DNA of 64,000 nt from the human T2T-CHM13v2.0 reference genome, Homo sapiens. Positions 1-11,107 of this stretch are shown here, piece by piece (within the stretch, counting starts at the first letter, position 1; every line of letters starts with the position of its first letter). The stretch lies in NCBI RefSeq assembly GCF_009914755.1, contig NC_060946.1. One strand, 5' to 3'. The notes under the pieces were generated by a model that did no database searches, was not told the DNA's origin, and saw only the letters and a program-made list of their open reading frames with translations. The position numbers and the translations under genes are program-made.

Positions 1-1854
<1,854 letters not shown>

Positions 1855-1917
1855 TATGATGTTAGCTGGTGATTTTGCTCGTTAGTTGATGCAGTTTCTT
1901 CCTAGTCTCGATGTTCT

Positions 1918-2934
1918 TTACATTTTGGCATGATTTTGCAGTGGCTGGTACCAGTTGTTCCTTTCCATGTTTAGCACTTCCTTCAGGAGCTCTTTTAGGG
2001 CAGGCCTGGTGGTGACAAAATCTCTCAGCATTTGCTTGTCTGTAAAGTATTTTATTTCTCCTTCACTTATGAAGCTTAGTTTGGCTGGATATGAAATTCT
2101 GGGTTGAAAATTCTTTTCTTTAAGAATGTTGAATATTGGCCCCCACTCTCTTCTGGCTTCAAGGGTTTCTGCCGAGAGATCTGCTGTTAGTCTGATGGGC
2201 TTCCCTTTGAGGGTAACCCGACCTTTCTCTCTGGTTGCCCTTAACATTTTTTCCTTCATTTCAACTTTGGTGAATCTGACAAGTATGTGTCTTGGAGTTG
2301 CTCTTCTCGAGGAGTATCTTTGTGTTGTTCTCTGTATTTCCTGAATCTGAATGTTGGCCTGCCTTGCTAGATTGGGGAAGTTCTCCTGGATAATATCCTG
2401 CAGCATGTTTTCCAACTTGGTTGCATTCTCCCCATCACTTTCAGGTACACCAATCAGACTTAGATTTGGTCTTTTCACATAGTCCCATATTTCTTGGAGG
2501 CTTTGCTCATTTCTTTTTATTCTTTTTTCTCTAAACTTCCCTTCTCACTTCATTTCATTCATTTCATCTTCCATTGCTGATACCCTTTCTTCCATTTGAT
2601 TGCATCGGCTCCTGAAGCTTCTGCATTCTTCACATAGTTCTCGAGCCTTGGTTTTCAGCTCCATCAGCTCCTTTAAGCACTTCTTTGTATTGGTTATTCT
2701 AGTTTTACATTCTTCTAAATTTTTTTCAACTTTTTCAACTTCTTTGTCTTTGGTTTGAATGTCCTCCCTTAGCTCAGAGTAATTTGATCGTCTGAAGACT
2801 TCTTCTCTCACCTCGTCAAAGTCATTCTCCATCCAGCTTTGTCCCATTGCTGGTGAGGAGCTGCGTTCCTTTGGAGGAGGAGAGGTGCTCTGTGTTTTAG
2901 AGTTTCCAGTTTTTCCATTCTGTTTTTTCCCCAT
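1918..2934 (-). pseudogene. ORF1: L1 ORF1 (RNA-binding coiled-coil/RRM/CTD protein) with one premature stop
   Basis: ORFs 2545..2934 (MGKKQ...EMNEMK) and 1918..2478 (KRPNL...NHAKM) are in the same frame and span 1017 bp (338 codons plus stop). TGA at 2545-2547 replaces Arg130, consistent with CGA>TGA CpG decay. Confidence 0.97.
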
Positions 2935-3239
2935 CTTTGTGGTTTTATCTACTTTTGGTCTTTGATGATGGTGATGTACAGATGGGTTTTTGGTGTGGAT
3001 GTCCTTTCTGTTTGTTAGTTTTCCTTCTACCAGACTGGACCCTCAGCTACAGGTCTGTTAGAATACCCTGCCGTGTGAGGTGTCAGTGTGCCCCTGCTGT
3101 GGGGTGCCTCCCAGTTAGGCTGCTCGGGGGTCAGGGGTCAGGGACCCACTTGAGGAGGCAGTCTGCCCGTTCTCAGATCTCCAGCTGTGTTCTGGGAGAA
3201 CCACTGCTCTCTTCAAAGCTGTCAGACAGGGACATTTAA

Positions 3240-3440
3240 GTCTGCAGAGGTTACTGCTGTCTTTTTGTTTGTCTGTGCCCTGCCCCCAGAGGTGGAGCCT
3301 ACAGAGGCAGGCAGGCCTCCTTGAGCTGTGGTGGGCTCCACCCAGTTCGAGCTTCCTGACTGCTTCGTTTACCTAAGCAAGCCTGGGCAATGGGGGGTGC
3401 CCCTCCCCCAGCCTCACTGCTGCCTTGCAGTTTGATCTCA
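3240..3440 (+). promoter_or_regulatory. L1 antisense promoter region (approximate, L1 +400 to +600)
   Basis: Assigned by position in an intact-length primate L1 5' UTR, upstream of and overlapping the ORF0 start. Activity cannot be seen from sequence. Confidence 0.65.
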
Positions 3441-3605
3441 GACTGCTGTGCTAGCAATCAGCGAGACTCCATGGGCATAGGACCCTCCGAGCCAGGTGCG
3501 GGATATAATCTCGTGGTGCGCCATTTTTTAAGCCAGTCCGAAAAGTGCAATATTTGGGTGGGAGTGACCCGATTTTCCAGGTGCATCCATCACCCCTTTC
3601 TTTGA
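3390..3605 (+). CDS. ORF0: L1 ORF0, antisense 71-aa primate-specific ORF, open
   Basis: MGGAPPPASLLPCSLISDCCASNQRDS...TRFSRCIHHPFL is 71 aa at L1 positions 452-237, matching the known length and position of ORF0. Splice-donor-like CAG|GT sites are at 3496 and 3581. Confidence 0.88.
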   Translation: MGGAPPPASLLPCSLISDCCASNQRDSMGIGPSEPGAGYNLVVRHFLSQSEKCNIWVGVTRFSRCIHHPFL

Positions 3606-3739
3606 CTCAGAAAGGACACTCCCTGACCCCTTGCACTTCCCAAGTGAGGCAATGCCTCGCCCTGCTTCAGCTCGTGCATGGTGAGCGCACCCACTGACCT
3701 GCGCCCACTGTCTGGCACTCCCTAGTGAGGTGAACCCGG

Positions 3740-3758
3740 TACCTCAGATGGAAATGCA
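3740..3758 (-). promoter_or_regulatory. RUNX3 site region of the L1 5' UTR
   Basis: The minus strand reads TGCATTTCCATCTGAGGTA at about L1 +84 to +102, the position of the described RUNX3 element. Confidence 0.65.
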
Positions 3759-3819
3759 GAAGTCACCCATTTTCTGCGTCACTCAGGCTGGGAGCTGTAG
3801 ACCAGAGCTGTTCCTATTC

Positions 3820-3829
3820 GGCCATCTTG
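3820..3829 (-). promoter_or_regulatory. YY1 binding site of the L1 promoter
   Basis: Plus-strand GGCCATCTTG is CAAGATGGCC on the L1 strand, at L1 positions +13 to +22. Confidence 0.9.
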
Positions 3830-3841
3830 GGTCCTCCCTCC

Positions 3842-3854
3842 AAAAAACTCTTTT
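3842..3854. other. Candidate L1 target-site duplication with endonuclease nick site
   Basis: AAAAAACTCTTTT followed by AG gives 5'-TTTT/AG-3', close to the L1 endonuclease consensus TTTT/AA, 13 nt from the L1 5' end. The second copy would be outside the window. Confidence 0.55.
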
Positions 3855-4063
3855 AGAAGAATCTGCAAGTGGATATTTGGACCGCTTAGAGGCCTTCACT
3901 GGAAACGGGAATATCTTCACATAAAAACTAGACAGCAGGATTCTAAGAAATTTTTTGTGATGTGTACATTCAACTAACAGAGTTGAAACTTTCTTTTGAT
4001 AGAGCAGGTTTGAAACACTCTTTTTTTAGTATCTGCAAGTGGATATTTGTACTGCTTTGAGGT

Positions 4064-4080
4064 CTTCGTTTGAAACGGGA
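4064..4080 (+). promoter_or_regulatory. CENP-B box, all nine core bases intact
   Basis: CTTCGTTTGAAACGGGA fits nTTCGnnnnAnnCGGGn. Confidence 0.88.
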
Positions 4081-5602
4081 ATATCTTCACATAAACACTG
4101 GACAGAAGCATTCTCAGAAACTTCTTTGTGATGTTTGCATTCAACTACTTACAGAGTTGAACATAATTTGTCATAGAGCAGTTTTGAAATGCTCTTTTTG
4201 TAGAATCTGCTAGTGGATATTTGGACTGCTTTGAGGCATTCGTTGGAAATGGGAATATCTTCATATAAAACTAGACAGAAACATTCTCAGAAACTTCTTT
4301 TTGATGTGTGCATTCAACTCACAGAGTTGAACATTTCTTTTGATAGGGAAGTTTTGAAACACTCTTTTTGTAGAATTTGCAAGTAGACATTTCTGAACTT
4401 TGAGGCTTATGGTGGAAAAGGAAATATCTTCACATGAAAACCAGACAGAAACATTCTCAGAAACTTCTACGTGATGTGTGCATTCAACTCACAGAGTTGA
4501 ACCTTTCTTTTGATAGAGCAGGTTTGAAAAACTCTTTTTGTAGAATCTGCAAGTGGACTTTTGGAAAGCTTTGAGGCCTGTGGTGGAAAAGGAAATATCT
4601 TCCCATAAAAACTAGAGAGAAGAATTCTCAGAAACACCTTTGTGATGTTTGCCTTCAACTGACAGAGTTGAACATACCTTATCATAGAGCAGTTTTGAAA
4701 CCATCATTTTGTAGAATCTTCAAGTGGAAATTTGGAGAGCTTTGAGGCCTAAGGTGGGAAAGGAAATATCTTCACATAAAAACTAGACAGAAGCATTCTC
4801 AGAAGTTTCTTTGTGATGTTTACATTCAACTGACAGAGTTGAACCTTTTTTTGATAGAGCAGTTTTGAAACACTCTTTTCGTAGAATCTGCAAGTGGATA
4901 TTTGAAGTGCTTCGAGGACTTCATTGGAAGCTGGAATATCATCACATAAACACTAGACAGAATTATTCTCAGAAACTTCTTTGTGATGTGTGCATTCAAC
5001 TCACAGAGTTGACCCTTTCTTTTGATAGATCGGTTTTGAAACACTCTTTTTGTAGAATCTGCAACTGGACATTTGGAGAGCTTTGATGCCTACTGTGGAA
5101 AAGGAAATATCCTCACATAAAAACTAGACAGAAGCATTCTCAGAAACTTCTTTGTGATGTGTGCCTTCAACTCACAGAGTTGAAACTTTCTTTTGATAGA
5201 GCTGTTTTGAAACATTCTTTTTGTATAATCTGCAAGGGGACATTTGGAGAGCTTTCAGGCCTATGGTGTAAAAGGAAATATCTTCACAGAAAAACTAGAC
5301 AGAAGCATTATCAGAAACTTCTTTGTGATGTGTGCATTCAACTCACAGAGTTGAACCTTTCTTTTGATAGAGCAGGTTTGAAACACTCTTTTTGCAGAAT
5401 CTGCAAGTGGACATTTGGAACGCTTTGTGGCCTATATTGGAAAAGGAAATATCTTCACATAAGAATTAGACAGAAGCATTCTCAGAAACGTCTTTGTGAT
5501 GTTTGCATTCAACTCACAGAGTTGAAAATACTTTACCATAGAGCAGTTTTGAGTCACTCTTTTAGTAGAATCTGCAAGTGGATATTTGGACCGCTTTGAG
5601 GC

Positions 5603-5619
5603 ATTCGTTGGAAACGGGA
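5603..5619 (+). promoter_or_regulatory. CENP-B box, all nine core bases intact
   Basis: ATTCGTTGGAAACGGGA fits nTTCGnnnnAnnCGGGn. Confidence 0.9.
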
Positions 5620-7500
5620 ATATCTTCACATAAACACTAGACAGAAGCTTTCTCAGAAACTTCTTTGTGCTGTGTGCATTCAACTCACAGAGTTGAAACT
5701 TTCTTTTGACAGAACAGGTTTAAAACAGTCTTTTTGTAGACTCTGCAAGTGGACATTTGAGCGCTTTGATGCCTATAGTGGAAAAGAAAATATCTTCCCA
5801 TGAAAACTAGACAGTAGCACTCTCAGAAACTTCTTTGTGATGTTTGCCTTCAACTCACAGAGTTGAAAAAAACCTTATCATAGAGCAGTTTTGAAACATT
5901 CTTTTAGTAGAATCTGCACGTGTTTAATTGGACCGATTAGAGGCCTTTGTTGGAAACGTGAATATCTTCACATAATCACTAGATGGAAGATTTCTCAGAA
6001 ACTTCTTTGTGCTGTGTGCATTCAACTCACTGAGTTGAACCTTTCTTTTAATAGAGCAGGTTTGAAACACTCTTTTTGTAGAATCTGCAAGTGGACATTT
6101 GGAGCACTTTGAAGTCTATGGTGGGAAAGGAAATATGTTCACATAAAAACTAGACAGAAGAATTCTGAGAAACTTCTTTGTGATGTGTGCATTCTTCTCA
6201 CAGAGTTGAAACTTCCTTTTGATTGAGCAGTTTACAGACACTGTTTTTGTAGAATCTGCAAGTGGGTATTAGGAGCGCTTTGAGACCTATGTTATAAAAG
6301 GAAATATCTTCACATAAAATCTAGACAGAACCAATGTGAGAAACCTCTTTGTGATGTGTGCATTCATCTCACAGAGTTAAACCTTTCTTTTAATTGAGCA
6401 GTTTTGAAACTCTTTTTTTGTAGAATCTGCAAGTGGACATTTGGAGTGCTTTTAGGCCTATGGTGGAAAAGGAAATATCTTCACATAAAAATAAGAGAGA
6501 AGAATTCTGAGAAACTTCTTTTGATGTGTGCATTCATCTCACAGAGTTGAACTTTCTTTTGATTGAGAATTATGGAAAAACTCTTTTTGTAGATTCTGCA
6601 AGTGGACATTTGAAGCGCTTTGCAGCCTATGTTAGAAAAGGAAATATCTTCACATAAAATCTAGACAGAGGCATTCTCAGAAACTTCTTTGTGATGTTTG
6701 CATTCACCTCACAGAGTTGAACCTTTCTTTTGATAGAGCAGGTTTGAAACACTCTTTTTTTGGAATCTGTAAGTGGACATTTGGAGCGCTCTGTGGCCTA
6801 TGGTGGGAAAGGAATATCTTCATATAAAAACTAGGCAGAAGCATTCTCCGAAACTTCTTTGTGATGTTTGCATTCTACTCACAGAGTTGAACATTCATTT
6901 TCATGGATCATTTTTGAAACACTCTTTTTGTAGAATATGTTAGTGGATATTTGGACGGCTTTGAAGCCTTCGTTGGAAATGGGAATATCTTCACATAAAA
7001 ACTAGACAGAAGCATTCTCAGAAACTTGTTTGTAATGTGTGCATTCACCTCACAGAGTTGAAACTTTCTTTTGATAGAGCATTTTTCAAACACTCTTTTT
7101 GTAGAATCTGCAAGTGGACACTTGGAACACTTTGAGGCCTATAGTGGAAAAGGAAATATCTTCCCATCAAAACTAGAGAGAAGCATTCTCAGAAACTTCT
7201 TTTTGATGTTTGCCTTCAACTCACAGAGTGGAACATACCTCATCATAGAGTCGTTTTGAAACACTCCTTTAGTAGAATCTGCCAGTGGATATTTGGCACG
7301 CCTTCAGGCCCTCCTTGGAAACGGGAATATCTTCACATAAAATCTAGACAGCAGCATTCTCAGAAACTTCTTTGTGATGTGTACGTTCAAGTCGCAGAGT
7401 TGAACCTTTCTTTTGATTGAGAAGTTTTGAAACACTCTTTTTGTAGTATCTGCTAGTGAACATTTGTAGCGCTTTTGGGCATCTAGTGGAAAACGAAATA

Positions 7501-10500
7501 TCTTCACATAAAAAAATAGACAGAAGTATTCTTAGAATCTTCTTTGTGATGTGTGCCTTCATTTCAAAGAGTTGAAACTTTCTTTTGATTGAGAAGTTTT
7601 GAAACACTCTTTTATGTAGATTCTGCAAGTGGACATTTGCAGCGCTATGTGGACTGTGGTAGAAAAGGTAATATCTTCACAAAAAATCTAGACAGAAGGA
7701 ATCTGAGAAACTTCTTTGGCATGTGTGCATTCATCTCACAGAGTTCAAAATTTCTTTTGACTGAGCAGTTTTGAAACTCTGTTTTTGAAGTATTTGCAAG
7801 TGGACATTTAGATCGTTTTGAGGCCTATGGTGGAAAAGGAAGTATCTTCACATAAAAACTTGACAGAAGAATTCTGAGAATCTCCTTTGTGATGTATGCA
7901 TTTATCTCACAAAGTTGAATCTTCCTTTTGATTGAGCAGTTTAGAAACATTCTTTTTGTAGAATCTGCAAGTAGACTATTGGAGTGCTTTGTTGCCTATG
8001 GTAGAAAAGGAAATATCTTCACATAAAATCTAGACAGAAGCAATCTCAGAAACTTCTTTGTGATGTGTGCATTCATCTCACAGAGTTAAACCTTTCTTTT
8101 GGCTGAGTCGTTTTGAAGCTCTCTTTTTGTAGAATCTGCAAGTGGACATTTTGAGTGCTTTGAGGCCTACAGTGGGAAAGGAAATATCTTCACATAAAAA
8201 CTAGACAGAAGAGTTCTGAGAAACTTCTTTGTGATGTGTGCATTCTTCTCACAGAGTTGAAACTTCCTTTTGATTGAGCAGTTTGCAGACACTCTTTTTG
8301 TAGAATCTGCAAGTGGACATTAGGAGCGCTTTGTGGTCTATGTTATAAAAGGAAATATCTTCACATAAAATCTAGACAGAACCAATGTGAGAAACCTCTT
8401 TGTGATGTGTCCATTTATCTCACAGAGTTAAACCATTCTTTTGATTGAGGAGTTTTGAAACTCTTTTTTTGTAGAATCTGCAAGTGGACATTTGGAGTGC
8501 TTTGAGGCCTATGGTGGAAAAGGAAATATCTTCACATAAAAACTAGAGAGAAAAATTCTGAGAAACTTCTTTGTGATGTGTGCATTCATCTCACAGAATT
8601 TAACCTTTCTTTTGATTAAGAATTATGGAAGCACTCATTTTGTAGATTCTGTAAGTGGACTTTTGAAGCACTTTGCAGCCTATGTTAGAAAAGGAAATAT
8701 CTTCATATAAAATCTAGACAGAAGCAAACTGAGAAACTTCTTTGGGATGTGTGCATTCATCTCACAGGATTAACTCTTATTTTTGATTGAGCAGTTTTGA
8801 AACTCTCTTTTTGTTGAATTTGGAAGTGGACATTTGGAGCACTTTGAGGCTTATGGTGGAAAAGGAAATATCTTCACATAAAAACTCGACAGAAGCATTC
8901 TTAGAAACTTCTTTGTGATGTGTGCATTGATCTCACAGAGTTAAGCCTTTGTTTTGATTGAGCAGTTTTGAATCTCTCTTTTTGTAGAATCTGGAAGTTA
9001 ACATTTGGAGCGCTTTGAGGCCTGTGGAGGAAAAGGAAATATTTTCACATCAAAACTACACAGAAGAATTTGGAGAAGCTTCTTTGTGATGCACGCATTT
9101 ATCTCACAGAGTTGAACCTTTCTTTTGATTAAGCAGTTTGGAAACACTCTTTTTGTGGAATCTGCAAGTGGACATTTGGAGCGCTTTGCAGCCTATGTTA
9201 GAAAAGAGATATATTCCCATAAAATCTAGATAGAATCAATCTGAGAAACTTCTTTGTGATGTGTGCATTCATCTCACAGAGTTAAAACTTTCTTTTGATT
9301 GAGCTGTCTTGAAACTCTCTTATTGTAAAATCTGCAAGTGGACATTTGGAGCACTTTGAGGCCTATGATGGAAAAGGAAATATCTTCACATAAAAACTAG
9401 ACAGCAGAATTCTGAGAAACTACTTTGTGATGTGTGCGTTCATATCACAGAGTTGAACCTTACTTTTGATTGAGCAGTTTGTAAACACTCTTTTTGTAGA
9501 ATTTGCAACTGGACATTTGGAGCGCTTTGTGGCCTATAGTAGAAAAGAAAATATCTTCACATAAAATCTAGATAAAAGCAATCTGACAAACTTCTTTGTG
9601 CCATGTGCATTCATCTCACAGAGTAAACCTTTCTTTAGACTGAGCACTTTGGAAACTCTCTTTTTGTAGAATCTGCAAGTGGACATTTTGAATGCTTTGA
9701 GGCCTATGGTGGAAAAGGAATTATCTTCACATAAAAACTAGACAGAAGAATTCTGACAAACTTCTTTGTGATGTGTGAGTTCAGCTCACAAAGTTGAACA
9801 TTTCTTTTGATGGAGCAGTTTGGAAACACTCTTTTTGAAGAATCTTTAAGTGGACATTTGGAGCTCTTTGCAGCCTATGGTGGAAAAGGAAATATCTTCA
9901 CATAAGGTGTAGACAGAAGTAATCTGAAAACCTTCTTTATCATGTGTGCATTCATCTCACAGAGTTAAACCTTTCTTTTGATTGAGCAGTCTTGAAACTC
10001 TCTTTTCGTAGAATCTGCAAGTGGACATTTGTAGTGCTTTGAGGCCTATGGTAGAATAGAATATATCTTCACATAAAAACTAGACAGAGGAATTCTCATA
10101 TACTCCTTCGTGATGTGTGCATTACTCTCACAGAGTTGAAACTTTCTTTTGATTGAGCAGTTTGAAGACACTCTTTTTGTAGAATCTGCAGGTGGACATT
10201 AAGAGCGCTTTGTGGCCTATGTTAGAAAAAGAAATATCTTCACAAAAAATCTAGACAGAAGCAATCTGAGAAACTTCTTTTTGATGTGTGCATTCATCTC
10301 ACAGAGTTAAAACTTTATTTTGATTGAGCAGTTTTGAAGCTCTCTTTTTGTAGAATCTACAAGTGGACATTTAGAGCGCTTTGAGGTCTACGGTGGAAAA
10401 GGAAATATCTTCACAGAAAAAATAGAAGCATTTTTAGAAACATGTTTGTGATGTGTGCATTCATCTAACGGATTGAAACCTTTATTTTGATAGAGGAGTT

Positions 10501-11107
10501 TTAAAGCTCCCTTTTTGTATAATCTCTAAGTGGACATTTGAAGGGTGTTCAGGCCTATGGTGAAAAATGAAATATCATCACATAAAAATTACATAGAAGC
10601 ATTCTGAAAAACTACTTTGTGATGTGTGCATTCAACCCCTAGAGTTGAACATTCCTTTGAAGGATCAGTTTTGAAATACTCTTTTTGTAGAATCTGCAAG
10701 TGGACCTTTAGAGTGCCTTCGGGTCTACGGTACAAAAGGAAATATCTTCACATAAAAAGTAGAAAGAAGAATTCTGAGAAAGTTCTTTATGATGTGTGCA
10801 TTCATCTAGAAAGTTGAACATTTCTTTGAATGAGCAGTTTGGAAACACTCTTTTGGTAGAATCTGCAAGTGGACATTTGGAGCGCTCAGCGGCCTATGTT
10901 AGAACAGGAAATATCTTCACATAAATTGTAGACAGAAGCAATCTGAGAAATTTCTCTGTGATGTGTGCATTCATCTCAAAGAGGTAAACCTTTCTTTTGA
11001 TAGATCAGAATTGAAACTCTCTTTTTGGAGAATCTGCAAGTGGACATTTGGAGCAATATAATGCATGTGGTGGAAAAGTTAATATCTTCATATAAAAACT
11101 AGACAGA
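7501..11107 (+). repeat. Alpha satellite, A-box-only monomers (SF4/M1-like) with dimeric alternation
   Basis: 171-bp monomers with TTCTGAG, CATTCATCTC and GATTGAGCAG variants and no CENP-B-type boxes. The block ends at AAAAACTAGACAGA (11107). Confidence 0.88.

Larger units (their letters stand above)
2935..3841 (-). promoter_or_regulatory. L1 5' UTR with internal Pol II sense promoter (CpG-eroded)
   Basis: GC-rich 907 nt between the L1 5' end and the ORF1 ATG, with many CpG>TpG/CpA changes relative to the recalled consensus. Confidence 0.93.
3842..7500 (+). repeat. Alpha satellite, diverged monomers with irregular A-box/B-box mix (SF5 R1/R2-like)
   Basis: ~171-bp periodicity (CATTCTCAGAAACTTCTTTGTGATG...AATCTGCAAGTGG). 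B-type boxes at 3894, 4064, 4238, 4919, 5603, 5945, 6968 and 7310 are interspersed with pJ-alpha-type CTATGGTGGAAAAGGAA boxes. The family is certain; the suprachromosomal class is by eye. Confidence 0.9.

Noticed and set aside
3126-3143. G-rich GGGGGTCAGGGGTCAGGG as a special G-quadruplex
   Set aside because: It has only three closely spaced G-runs and is a standard feature of young L1 5' UTRs.
3730-3924. 64-aa ORF spanning the L1/alpha junction
   Set aside because: It starts at GTG, is short, and has no support beyond chance read-through.
4467-10817. ORFs in alpha satellite, including a 146-aa Cys/His-containing ORF at 5159-5599 that looks zinc-finger-like
   Set aside because: The 57-aa periodicity is simply 171 bp/3, there is no true C2H2 spacing, and these are typical satellite translation artefacts.
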